Assembly (NCBI GenBank): GCA_044224875.1
Contig: JBGAJQ010000041.1
Span: 1 to 48,505, forward strand
Direction of reading: 5' to 3'
Length of the DNA: 48,505 nucleotides
Source of the DNA: Gemmatimonadaceae bacterium
GTDB lineage: Bacteria > Gemmatimonadota > Gemmatimonadetes > Gemmatimonadales > Gemmatimonadaceae
Shown: one piece after another, positions 9,476-19,235 of the stretch
How the letters are laid out: every line of letters begins with the position of its first letter
How positions within the stretch are numbered: position 1 is the first letter of the stretch
Translations under genes and position numbers: made by a program
The notes under the pieces: generated by a model
Databases searched by the model: none
What the model was told of the DNA's origin: nothing
Seen by the model: the letters and a program-made list of their open reading frames with translations, nothing else

Positions 9476-10617
9476 TACAACTCTCCCAAGGCGGTGATCG
9501 TCATCGTCTGGTTGTGGAGCAGGGCAGTTCCGTGCGGTGACCCGCGCGGTGGGGCAATTTCCCCGTTCGAGTAGAAGCCCGTGACGACGGCGTCGCCAGA
9601 CAATTGGATGACTTCATCCACCTCTTCCTCGATGCGGCTACGTAGCAGCGCCCGTCGTCCCACGCAGGATATGCAGAGCATGGCGGCGGGCTCCACGCCG
9701 TCGAGGGCGGCGCGTGCCTCACGGGCTGCGGCGGCCGCGCCGTCGAGGAGCCAGTCATTGGTCGCTCGCATCAAGCGCACCTTATGGCCTTGCGGCACGT
9801 CGCCGGCGAATCGCAGTGACCCCGCCTCCTCATCGATGCCGAGGATGGTGCGCACCACAGTCGGGCCACCGTGCGGCGACGAGAGCAGGAGGGGAAAGAG
9901 CAGTGCACTGCCCGGAAGCTCCGCCACCAAGGTCCCCAGGTACCGGCGATAGACGTCGAGGGCCCGCTCGCCGTCCAGCTCAAACACCGTGGTTCCCTGG
10001 GCGCGCGTCACGAGTCGTTCGGGGCCGAACGGTTCCCATCCACCCACACTGCCGGTGCCGACAGCCAGCGACGTGCCGCAGAGGGCCACTGCGACCACCC
10101 GGCCCGGAGTGGCCGGGCCGTTGACGCCGATCCCAGTGAACACGAAGTCCGTGCCATCGCTGGCGAGGCCGCCGGAGACGGTAACTCCGGCGGGCAACGC
10201 TTCCGCAAGCCCGCTGACAAAGGCCGCGCCATTCACGAGCAGGCCGTCGACGAACACGAGTACGTGCCGCAGCTCGGGCTTCGTCGCGACTTGCTCACCG
10301 AGCTGGCGGCCGAGGAGCGCACAAGGGACTTTGCCGGCCCCTTCGAGAGCTACAACCTGCGCGCGGGCCTTGTCGAAGGCCCAGCCGGTGAGGACGACGC
10401 CCCGGTCCAGGACTTCCGCGCCCTCGATCTGGCCACCCGCAGTGCTGAAGATCAGTGTAGCGTTAGGCCATCGCTGCGCCACCTCGGCGAACCACGCTGC
10501 CGGTGGTGACTCAACGGGCCCAAATCCCATCAACAACTGAACCTGGTTATCGAACGACTCGGCCACCGAATCCGACCATCCGGCGTCGGCAGACCAGCGA
10601 AGTGAAAAGGCGCGCAT
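9475..10617 (-). CDS. FIST N/C-domain sensor protein (NosP-like)
   Basis: STAGGQI, GGLASDG, GGWEPFGPER.VTRA, CISCVGRR, GFYSNGEI; 1-nt overlap with the downstream GGDEF/EAL gene. Confidence 0.92.
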   Translation of the reverse strand: MRAFSLRWSADAGWSDSVAESFDNQVQLLMGFGPVESPPAAWFAEVAQRWPNATLIFSTAGGQIEGAEVLDRGVVLTGWAFDKARAQVVALEGAGKVPCALLGRQLGEQVATKPELRHVLVFVDGLLVNGAAFVSGLAEALPAGVTVSGGLASDGTDFVFTGIGVNGPATPGRVVAVALCGTSLAVGTGSVGGWEPFGPERLVTRAQGTTVFELDGERALDVYRRYLGTLVAELPGSALLFPLLLSSPHGGPTVVRTILGIDEEAGSLRFAGDVPQGHKVRLMRATNDWLLDGAAAAAREARAALDGVEPAAMLCISCVGRRALLRSRIEEEVDEVIQLSGDAVVTGFYSNGEIAPPRGSPHGTALLHNQTMTITALGEL

Positions 10618-10990
10618 CGTCAGCAGCTAGAGGATCTCCCCACTGAGCGGGGAGGGTTATCTAGTAGTGTCGTCGTTGGGAGCTCAAAACTTTCTGCCGA
10701 AATCGGTTAGGGCTACATAATGATGGACGGAGCCGACCTTCCATGTGTCACGAGCGCGCGAACTCCGACGCAGCAGTGAAGTGCCGCACCGATCATCCAC
10801 ACACAGGCCCACCACCCGGCATGGAATCCCGGTCGCGTATTGCACCATTGTATCCGCTACGATAGCGTTGCGTGCGCGGAGGCGCGTAGCCGGACATGTC
10901 GATCAGATCGCCACGCCGGCCCGGATCGTGAGCGCCGACGCCGGACGCACGCCTTGGCGGCGCAGCCCGCAACCCACTCTGGAGTTTCGC

Positions 10991-11533
10991 ATGGGATCCT
11001 ACATCCTGATCGCCTTAGTCGTGGTCGTTGCTGCTGTACTGGCACGGGCCGCATCCAAACCGAATACGTTGCGAATCCAGCGATCGGCGCGGATCGAGGC
11101 GGAGCCGATGACGGTGTACGCATGGCTGGATGACTTCCATAAGTGGAGCGAGTGGTCGCCATGGGAGCGGCTCGATCCCGCGCTTCAACGCACCTTCAGC
11201 GGCACGGCAAGCGGCAAGGGGGCCGTGTACGCGTGGCAAGGCAACAAGAAGGTGGGGAGCGGACGCATGGAGATTCTCGAGTCGAGCGCCCCGGGCTCGC
11301 TGCGAATCAAGCTGGACTTCTTCACGCCGTTCGAAGCTCACAACGTGGCGATCTTCGTGTTGACGCCCGGTGGTGGCGGCACGGACATCACGTGGACCAT
11401 GGAGGGTCCTGCCGACTTCCGGTCCAAGCTGATGAGCACGCTGATCAACATGGACAAGCTGGTGGGCAAGGACTTCGAGGCGGGACTCTCCAACCTGAAG
11501 GGTCTGAGCGAGCGCACGCCCGCGAACACCTAA
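10991..11533 (+). CDS. SRPBCC / polyketide-cyclase-like protein with N-terminal membrane anchor
   Basis: GGAG RBS; WSPWERLDP, G.GAVY.W.GN..VGSG.MEI, GKDFE.GL.NLK. Confidence 0.9.
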   Translation: MGSYILIALVVVVAAVLARAASKPNTLRIQRSARIEAEPMTVYAWLDDFHKWSEWSPWERLDPALQRTFSGTASGKGAVYAWQGNKKVGSGRMEILESSAPGSLRIKLDFFTPFEAHNVAIFVLTPGGGGTDITWTMEGPADFRSKLMSTLINMDKLVGKDFEAGLSNLKGLSERTPANT

Positions 11534-11791
11534 CGCGCTCGACCGTTCCGCGGGCGCACGGCCGAGGCTGGCGCTCGTAGTCACCCGAGTATACAGCACG
11601 CCGGCGCCCTGTGACGTTCCGGTCATGCGCATTGGCGGAAGCCTAACGACGATGCGCATGCACCGGGTCACGGCCGGCCGCGCGAGCGCGCACGTTCCCC
11701 CCGTTGCCAATCTGATACGTTAGGCACCTGCCGACGCGCGAAGAGCCGTCGTCGGCCGGGCGGGTGTGTGCTCATATCATGTGAGGGGTGT

Positions 11792-13960
11792 ATGGCGAAG
11801 GGATCCAAGACGCGCACCGTGGACGTGCGCGCCGTCTTGCCGAAATCCGACGAAGCAAAGCAGGTAGCGTTGGCTGCCTATGCGTTCTCCGCCGGCGGTC
11901 GCTTGCTTGACGTGAAAGGACTGGACAAGAACGGGGAAGGCTCGCTCGAGGTGCCGCTCGGGACCGAAGGCATGCAGGTGCGAGTGATCGTGGGGCCCGC
12001 GTTGGACAAGGAAAAGGCCGGCCTCGAGGAACTCATGCGTCGTGGGGCGATTCAGAAACGCGCACGTCTGGACCTCGACGCGGCGCGTCTGCCGATCGAG
12101 TTCGTGATCAACCTCCCGGATATCCTGTGCTGGTTACGTGGACTCTGTGTGGTGCAGGGATCCTTGCTCAAGCGCACGGTGCTGGGCGGACTGAATATCG
12201 ACTTGCCGGTCCGCAACGCAGAGGTCGAGATCTATGAAGTCGATCCCCTCTGGATCATCCTGCCGAAGCTGCCGGACCTCGAGTTCAATCGCGTGCGCGA
12301 TTGGTTGGTGAATCCGATTCCACTTCCCGATCCGATTCCGGATCCGCTGCCCGGACCATTCCCAGGCCCATTCCCCGATCCACTGCCCCCAGTTGCAGCG
12401 CGGCTACCCCTGGCGCGCAAGGTCGGCGGCGGCACGGCCGTGAGCACGCGGATGGCGGCGTCGGCCACGACGGCCAACGCGCTGATTGTGCCGAGCGAAC
12501 TACAGAGCGCCGCGCTGTCGGGCAGCAGGTTGCAGCTGGAAGCGGCCATCATTCGGTATCCCGACTTCATCCGCCCCATCCTCTGTTGGTTCTTCCCGCA
12601 TTTCGTCACCATGCAGCTGGTGGCGACGACCACGACCGATGACTGTGGGAAGTTCCGCACGATCTTCTCCAACGGCTGCAACAACCCCGATACGCCCGAC
12701 TTGTACTTCAAGGCGTACCGCCAGCTCTTCCCGTGGTTTCGCATCCCGATCTACGCGCCCACCCCGGTCTGGTGCTACACCTGGTGGGACTATGTTTGCG
12801 GGAGCGATGTCACCCTGCACACGACGCACCCCCTGGCTCTCACCGGTGCGCCATGCCCTCCAGTCATCGCGAGCAGCGACTGGGTGATGTTCACGGCGAT
12901 TGGCGGTCTGTCGATGAACTCCATCTACGGGTCATCGCAGGCGCTCGCCGGAAGCACGACCAGCACCAACAAGGGACTCACGAAGAATGGCGCACCGTTC
13001 GGCGGATCGCTGCGACCGCAGTTGCTGTTCGACAATTCGCTGCGCGACACACTGGGCGTGAAGTACTACAAGCTGCACTACCGGCGTGGGTCGTCGGGGA
13101 GTTGGATCCAGATGCTGGACGACGTGCAGCGGCACTACTCGTACGACGTCGGGACGACAAACGTGAGCGCCCTGTACAAGCTCGGTCCGCTCTCGCCGCC
13201 AGATGCACCGGCGGCCAACCTGTTCGAGATTCCGCCGTCACTGCCACCACAGGGCGTCTGGGGACCGGTGATCTGGCCCACCGACCACCAGAATGGCGTG
13301 TTTACAACCACCCTTCCGGCGCCAGGCATCACCTATGACGCCGCCGGAAACGAAGTCGGCACGGACCAGTCTGGAAAGTTCGAGATCATGTTGGAGCTGT
13401 TCGACTCGGCGGGGAATCCCGTGAATATCGGCGCACTCGGCATCAAGTACGTCGTGCCGAACGTCGACGACCTCACCGGGACCATCACCACGGTTGATGC
13501 AGCGACGCTCGGTCTCGTGGTCGGAAACCAGATGATCGTCACCGTCCACGTCGACAACAATCCGACGTACTCCGAAATCGACGCGCCGTCGATCGGTGCG
13601 GCCACGGCCGACCCCTGCTGCGGCGTCCTCACCTTCAACCCGGGTGACATGGTGACGCTCCCGTGGCGGGCAAAGCACAAGAACGGCTTCGCCACGTATG
13701 ACCTCACGGTCAAGCGCGTCGACGCGGTCGTGTACTCGGAGAACGACCAGCCGGTTGCCACTGGATCGCACTCCGTGACCCGGAGCGCCCAAGGTGCCAT
13801 GGACTTCAACCTGCCGGCGGGATGTCTCCCCGGTGGATGCGAGACGGGAGCCTTTGCTGCCGAGTTGTACACGGCGGCGATGGCCACCGACGGCTGGAGT
13901 AGCCGGTTGACCTACCTCGACTCATCCGACTTTGAGGCCTTCACCTTGAAGAAGGGCTGA
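11792..13960 (+). CDS. Large uncharacterised protein with Pro-rich linker and Cys motifs
   Basis: 722-aa ORF with strong GC3 codon bias and GAGGGG RBS; no family I can name with confidence. Confidence 0.85.
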   Translation: MAKGSKTRTVDVRAVLPKSDEAKQVALAAYAFSAGGRLLDVKGLDKNGEGSLEVPLGTEGMQVRVIVGPALDKEKAGLEELMRRGAIQKRARLDLDAARLPIEFVINLPDILCWLRGLCVVQGSLLKRTVLGGLNIDLPVRNAEVEIYEVDPLWIILPKLPDLEFNRVRDWLVNPIPLPDPIPDPLPGPFPGPFPDPLPPVAARLPLARKVGGGTAVSTRMAASATTANALIVPSELQSAALSGSRLQLEAAIIRYPDFIRPILCWFFPHFVTMQLVATTTTDDCGKFRTIFSNGCNNPDTPDLYFKAYRQLFPWFRIPIYAPTPVWCYTWWDYVCGSDVTLHTTHPLALTGAPCPPVIASSDWVMFTAIGGLSMNSIYGSSQALAGSTTSTNKGLTKNGAPFGGSLRPQLLFDNSLRDTLGVKYYKLHYRRGSSGSWIQMLDDVQRHYSYDVGTTNVSALYKLGPLSPPDAPAANLFEIPPSLPPQGVWGPVIWPTDHQNGVFTTTLPAPGITYDAAGNEVGTDQSGKFEIMLELFDSAGNPVNIGALGIKYVVPNVDDLTGTITTVDAATLGLVVGNQMIVTVHVDNNPTYSEIDAPSIGAATADPCCGVLTFNPGDMVTLPWRAKHKNGFATYDLTVKRVDAVVYSENDQPVATGSHSVTRSAQGAMDFNLPAGCLPGGCETGAFAAELYTAAMATDGWSSRLTYLDSSDFEAFTLKKG

Positions 13961-13971
13961 GAACGCATCAC

Positions 13972-14005
13972 CGCACGCGGGCCGGCGCCGTTCGGCCCGC
14001 GTGCG
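13972..14005. terminator. Hairpin between convergent genes
   Basis: 13-bp stem CGCACGCGGGCCG / CGGCCCGCGTGCG; no clear U-tract. Confidence 0.6.
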
Positions 14006-14026
14006 TGGTGGTCCGCCTCGCCAAAT

Positions 14027-17000
14027 TTACGAGCGCGTGCCTAACGCGCGCCAACGCATGCGCAGCGACTGCAGCACGGTGGGGAAGTACCCAAGCTGTG
14101 CGCCCTGGTCGGTCGTCGGCGGCGCCGACACACGAATCACGTTTCCGTACAGGGCGGCGATACGCTGCACGAGTTCGGCCGCCGTTTGCGCGACGTTGCG
14201 CACCTCGGCCAGCCGCTTGGCGTCGGCGTTTCCTGCGGACTCCAATCGCTTCTGCTCCGCGCGTGCGGAATCCGCCAGCGCGCTCGCCCCGCGATACAAC
14301 TGGGCGATGCGATCGAGTGACGAGGTCCACTGGGCGCGCTGCGCCGGTGTCAGGGATACCCGCGGGTCTTCGCGCACAAAAAATCGTTGCTCAGCCGTGC
14401 CGCCGTTCGCCGTCAGGCGAGCGACGTACGCGCCGGGTTCCACGAGCCGTCCGGGGAGTCCGCCGCCAAAACCGTCGTCGTCGTCGGACGGGCCGGCGGC
14501 TTCGCGCAGGGCCGGGCGCCGCAGGTTCCAGACGGCGCGATGCACGCCCGCAGACAGCGACGAATCCAGGGGTACGCTCGCCACCTCCACCCCCGTCGCG
14601 TTGAGTATGCGAAGGGACGCCGCGCCACCTTTGACCGGCGTGTTGACGTAGAAGTCGATGAGGGCCCCGTTTGGTGGGTTCTCGCCGCGGAAGATCATGT
14701 CACCAGCGTGCGCCTTGGTACTCGTCACGCGCGTCATCTCGGCGGTTGCGATGGAGAAGACATGCACCGGTTTGGCGGCAACCGTTGGCGTCAACTCCTG
14801 CAATGCACTGATCTGGTCGAGTATCCACACCCCTCGGCCGTGCGTCGCCAGGACGAGGTCGTTCTCGCGAGGCTGAATGACCAGGTCGTTCACCGGAACC
14901 GTGGGCATGTTGTTCCGCAGCCACGACCAGTGCGAGCCGCCATCGACCGTGAGGTACAACCCGAATTCTGTGCCGAGGTACAGCACGGATGGATTGCGAG
15001 GGTCTTCGACGACGGCGTGAATCGCTCGTTCGGGCGGCAGGTCGCCAACCAGCGATGACCACGTGGCCCCATTGTCCGTCGACTTGAACAGGTAGTTGGT
15101 GTAATCGTCGGCCTGATGGCCGTCGAAGGCCGCGTAAACGGTGCGGGGAGCATGACGCGATGGTGTTACCGCCGAAACCCACGTGCCGTTGGGTACTCCC
15201 GGGATATTGCCGACGACGTTACTCCACGAACGTCCACCGTCCGTGGAGCGCTGCAGGTTCCCATCGTCGGTGCCGACCCACAGGGTTCCCGCCGTGCGAG
15301 GCGATTCGGCCAAGGCCGACACGGTGGGATAATACGACACTCCGTCATCGAGTGAGAGCGTCGGTTGTTCCGGTGTCTGGCCCATGATGGTGAGCGTCCG
15401 TCGATCGACGCCGGTCGTGAGGTTACCTAACGAGCGCCAGGTGTCCCCACGGTTGGTGCTGGTCCACAGCACGGCCATGCCGGCAAACACGGTGCCGGAC
15501 GCGTGCGGCGAGATGATGAATGGCGAGTTCCAGCCGGCGGGCGGAATCTTCTTGCCGACCAGCGGATCAGGCGCTCCCCAATTCCCCAGCTTCGGCCCTT
15601 CGCCTTCCTTGACGGTGGGCCGGATGTTCTTGGCCTCGAGCGTCTTCGCGTCCACACGCGTGATGCCAAGATACTGGGACGACGAGTAGACGGTGCGGTT
15701 GTCGGTGGTGTCGATGACGTTGTTGAATCCGTCGCCACCTCCAACACGATACCAGTCGTCATTCAGAATTCCCTGGGTGGAGAACGTGCGGCTCGGGCCA
15801 CACCAGCTGCCGTTGTCCTGCAGCCCGCCGCAGACGAAGTACGGGGACGATGTGCTGGCCGAGACGTGATAGAACTGCGACACGGGGAGCGAGGACACGT
15901 AGAGCCACTTCATACCGCGGTCGTAGCTGATGCCGACGCCGCCGTCGTCGCCCTTGATGACGTGGCGCGAGTCCTTGGGGTCCACCCACACGACACGATC
16001 ATCGCCATGCAACGATTGACGGGGGGACTTGAAGGTCTTGCCACTGTCGTCGCTGAACGAGTACGCGACCATGTAGATGCGACTTTGGTCGTTAGGGTCC
16101 ACGCGAATCTGCGACGAATAAGCCGGGCGCGGATTCCAGTCCCCCATGGCCCGCCACGATTCTCCCTTGTCGTCTGAGCGGAAAATCCCGGCCAAGCGTT
16201 TCTCATAAGAGATCGATGAGGTATATCGCTCTCCCTGTTCCACGCAGATGTACACGACGTTCGGATCCTTGCGGTAGATCGAGATCCCGATGCGACCCAC
16301 CTGCGTCGTTGGCAGCCCCGTCGTCAACTGACGCCAGGTGCGTCCGGCGTCCGTACTCTTGTACAAACCACTTCCAGGCCCACCTCCAACAAACCCGAAT
16401 GGTTGTCGGCGCCTTTGATACGTCGCCGCGTACAGGATGTTGGAATCGGTGGGGTCAATCGCCACGTCCACCACGCCTGTGTTCTCGTCCTTCTTCAGGA
16501 TGAGGGACCAGGTGGCTCCGCCGTCGGTCGTCTTGTACAAACCGCGTTCGGGATTGGGCCCCCACAGGTGCCCTGGAACGGCTACGTAAACGACGTCGGA
16601 GTTGTTTGGATCAATGGCAATGCGGGCGACGTGACGGCCTTCGCGAAGTCCCACGTTCTGCCAGTGCTGTCCTCCGTCTGTCGATTTGTACACGCCATCG
16701 CCCCAGCTCGAACTCTGGCGGTTCGTTGCTTCCCCCGTGCCAACCCACACGGTCTTCGGATTTCGCTGATCAACCGTGATGCTGCCAACGGAATGTGTAC
16801 GCTCGCGTTCGAACACCGGTGCCCACGTGACCCCATTGTCCGTGGTCTTCCACACTCCGCCAGTGGCGCTGGAGACGTAGAACTCGTATGTGTTGGACTC
16901 GTTCACTGCGATATCGGTGATGCGCCCACTCATGTTCGCGGGACCGATGTTCCGAAATCGCAGGCCCGAGAAGGGATTCTCCTGCGCGTCGACCGGCGCG

Positions 17001-17050
17001 GCGAGTAGGCACACGCCAATGAGGGCATGGATGGCAACGCTCGAACGCAT
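14027..17050 (-). CDS. Secreted BNR/Asp-box (VPS10/sortilin-like) beta-propeller protein
   Basis: Signal peptide; R.IGPANMSGRI; many K/RSTDGG.TW Asp-boxes; GGLQDNGSW; ATHGRG.W. Confidence 0.92.
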   Translation of the reverse strand: MRSSVAIHALIGVCLLAAPVDAQENPFSGLRFRNIGPANMSGRITDIAVNESNTYEFYVSSATGGVWKTTDNGVTWAPVFERERTHSVGSITVDQRNPKTVWVGTGEATNRQSSSWGDGVYKSTDGGQHWQNVGLREGRHVARIAIDPNNSDVVYVAVPGHLWGPNPERGLYKTTDGGATWSLILKKDENTGVVDVAIDPTDSNILYAATYQRRRQPFGFVGGGPGSGLYKSTDAGRTWRQLTTGLPTTQVGRIGISIYRKDPNVVYICVEQGERYTSSISYEKRLAGIFRSDDKGESWRAMGDWNPRPAYSSQIRVDPNDQSRIYMVAYSFSDDSGKTFKSPRQSLHGDDRVVWVDPKDSRHVIKGDDGGVGISYDRGMKWLYVSSLPVSQFYHVSASTSSPYFVCGGLQDNGSWCGPSRTFSTQGILNDDWYRVGGGDGFNNVIDTTDNRTVYSSSQYLGITRVDAKTLEAKNIRPTVKEGEGPKLGNWGAPDPLVGKKIPPAGWNSPFIISPHASGTVFAGMAVLWTSTNRGDTWRSLGNLTTGVDRRTLTIMGQTPEQPTLSLDDGVSYYPTVSALAESPRTAGTLWVGTDDGNLQRSTDGGRSWSNVVGNIPGVPNGTWVSAVTPSRHAPRTVYAAFDGHQADDYTNYLFKSTDNGATWSSLVGDLPPERAIHAVVEDPRNPSVLYLGTEFGLYLTVDGGSHWSWLRNNMPTVPVNDLVIQPRENDLVLATHGRGVWILDQISALQELTPTVAAKPVHVFSIATAEMTRVTSTKAHAGDMIFRGENPPNGALIDFYVNTPVKGGAASLRILNATGVEVASVPLDSSLSAGVHRAVWNLRRPALREAAGPSDDDDGFGGGLPGRLVEPGAYVARLTANGGTAEQRFFVREDPRVSLTPAQRAQWTSSLDRIAQLYRGASALADSARAEQKRLESAGNADAKRLAEVRNVAQTAAELVQRIAALYGNVIRVSAPPTTDQGAQLGYFPTVLQSLRMRWRALGTRS

Positions 17051-17429
17051 GTTGCGCGGGGCGGGATGTGGTTGGATGGCAAGCTTACAACGCAGAGGAC
17101 TCGAACCTTGGTGGGCTGGCCTCGACGACTGCGTCCAATCCAGCGGAAGCCATCCGACGCGTGCGGTGCGCCGAGTGGCTGCCTTCCGTGGACGGCAGAT
17201 CGCACCCTCCACGGCCCACGGTAACCCTACTCGCCCTCGCTCGGAAGTGCAGGGCTGCGTGCATCATTTCCCAATGGCCCGGTGCGTCATTGACGAGCTA
17301 TCTTTCAGCCCGGTTCTGACAGATCGGCGCTAGATCTTTCGCATAGCGTGAATGGGTAAGCCAAGCGATGGCCGCCCCCCGACACAGCTGGCGAATGGCA
17401 CACCTTGTCCCCACTCGGAGGTTTGGCAG

Positions 17430-18404
17430 ATGCGACGTTCCGCTCTCACGGTGTTTGCAGCACTCCCCGCCTTGTGCGCGGCGTTAACCGTTCCGGCGAG
17501 TGCACAGGACACGAAGGACCAGATCCAGAAGTGCGACAAGCCCATTGGCACCCTGGCCGTCGTGGAGCCGCAGAATGAATACCTCGTCGCTCTCCAGCGG
17601 TATCAACTCGGCTCCCCCACGGGCCTCATTCGTATGATGGTGCAGCAGTCCAAGTGCTTTGTGGTGGTTGAGCGTGGTCAGGCGCTGAACAACATCAAGC
17701 AAGAGCGCGACCTCGCCAAAAACGGCGAAATGCAGCAGGACGAGAACATGGGCGGCGGCATGATGAAAGCCGCGGATTTCATCCTGACTCCCGCGGTGGT
17801 CATCAGTTCGGGCAACTCTGGTGGTGTGGGTGGTGCTGTCGGTGGCTTGTTAGGCCGCAAGAATCCGGTGCTGGCCGCGGTAGGAGGTGGCGCCAAGTTC
17901 AAGGAGGCGCAGACCAGTATGCTGGTCGCCGATGCGCGTACCACCGTTCAGGTGGCGGCCGCCGAGGGCAAGGCGAAGAAGACGGACTTCTCGCTGGGCG
18001 CGCTGGGTTTTGTCGGGGGGGCGATCGCCGGCGTTGGCGGATACACCAATACGCCCGAAGGGAAGATCATCGCTGCGTCGTACCTCGACAACTTCAACAA
18101 CATCGTCACCGCTGTGAAGGCGGACCCGGATCTGATGGCGCGCGCCGAAAAGTTCAAGACGAGCGGTCTGTCTGGTGGCGACGTCAAGGCAGGCGCCACA
18201 TTCGCCGAGGGAACCGTGCTGGCCCCGAAGATCGACAACATCAAGCTGTTGGCCGAGCCCAAGGATGCCGCCAAGGTTGTGGGCCAGCTCAAGAAGACCG
18301 ACGAACTCGTTTTCCTTGGCGAGGAGAGCGAGGGCTTCCTGAAGGTGCAGGGGTCGAACGGCGAAGGGTGGGTGAAGAAGACGCTCGTCGGAAAGAAGAG
18401 CTAG
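17430..18404 (+). CDS. CsgG/HfaB-family protein with C-terminal SH3-like domain
   Basis: GGAGG RBS, signal peptide, QQSKCFVVVERG, ADFILTP, and C-terminal GFLKVQ...EGWV. Confidence 0.8.
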   Translation: MRRSALTVFAALPALCAALTVPASAQDTKDQIQKCDKPIGTLAVVEPQNEYLVALQRYQLGSPTGLIRMMVQQSKCFVVVERGQALNNIKQERDLAKNGEMQQDENMGGGMMKAADFILTPAVVISSGNSGGVGGAVGGLLGRKNPVLAAVGGGAKFKEAQTSMLVADARTTVQVAAAEGKAKKTDFSLGALGFVGGAIAGVGGYTNTPEGKIIAASYLDNFNNIVTAVKADPDLMARAEKFKTSGLSGGDVKAGATFAEGTVLAPKIDNIKLLAEPKDAAKVVGQLKKTDELVFLGEESEGFLKVQGSNGEGWVKKTLVGKKS

Positions 18405-18421
18405 CACTGGGTTTCGGTGAA

Positions 18422-18455
18422 GCGGCCGCCCGGCGTCTCGACGCTGGGCGGCCGT
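18422..18455. terminator. Hairpin between convergent genes
   Basis: GCGGCCGCCCGGCGTC / GACGCTGGGCGGCCGT inverted repeat just after the stop at 18404. Confidence 0.6.
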
Positions 18456-18525
18456 CTGCTTCGGCGGTCGTGGTCGTCTGCTTCGGCGGATACCGTCGGC
18501 CTCAACAGCTGCGGCCGTCGACTGC

Positions 18526-19128
18526 CTAACGCCGAGTGCGCTCCTCCCAGTGGCCCTCGTACTCCATGTACTGCGCGGTTTCGCGCGCCATATCGGCGCC
18601 CAGGATTCGAGCGACGGTGTGGAGGGACATGTCGATCCCCGCACTCACGCCGGCGGACAGGATGACGCGGCCGTTATCGACCACGCGGGCCTCGTCTTGG
18701 ATCGTACTGCGCGGCGCCACGGCGCGCAGCTCGTCCAGTGCCATGAAGTGCGTGGTCGCCGCCAGGCCGTCCAGCTGACCGGCCGCGCCTAACACCAGGG
18801 CACCAGAACACACGGAGAGAAGGAACTGTACCTCGCGGGCGCGCGCCGCAATCCATTCCAGCATCACGGGGTTGTGCATCTCCCGGCGCGTGCCGTATCC
18901 GCCAGGAACAACCAGGATGTCCATTCGGGGACAGTCCATGAACGAATAGGCGGGGTTGATGCTCAGTTGGTTGCGCGCCAGGACCGGCCCGGCGCGCTCC
19001 GCCACCGTGAACACACGGAACGGTTCGAGTTTGTGCCGACGGCCGCACACGGAGAAGACCTCGAACGGACCGGCGAAGTCGAGGACCTCGACTTCATCAA
19101 AGAGCAGGATACCTGTCGAGAGTGGCAC
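18526..19128 (-). CDS. DJ-1/PfpI family protein
   Basis: EVLDFAGPFEVF, VPGG.G, SVCSGA, SAGVSAGID. Confidence 0.92.
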   Translation of the reverse strand: MPLSTGILLFDEVEVLDFAGPFEVFSVCGRRHKLEPFRVFTVAERAGPVLARNQLSINPAYSFMDCPRMDILVVPGGYGTRREMHNPVMLEWIAARAREVQFLLSVCSGALVLGAAGQLDGLAATTHFMALDELRAVAPRSTIQDEARVVDNGRVILSAGVSAGIDMSLHTVARILGADMARETAQYMEYEGHWEERTRR

Positions 19129-19235
19129 GCGGCGGCTCGTGATATCGGGGACCCCTACATCATAAGGGATTGTCCGACAACTCGGGTGGGTATCTCCCGT
19201 GCCCCGAACACCATCGTCGGTCGACGTTTTCCGGC

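Noticed and set aside
10618..10990. Possible c-di-GMP riboswitch or sigma-28 promoter upstream of the FIST-GGDEF operon
   Set aside because: No recognisable riboswitch consensus; only a weak GAAAGTTT...GACGACAC resemblance to a FliA promoter.
12310..12390. Near-tandem DNA repeats in the Pro-rich linker
   Set aside because: Codons vary between units, so this is a protein-level low-complexity linker rather than a DNA repeat element.
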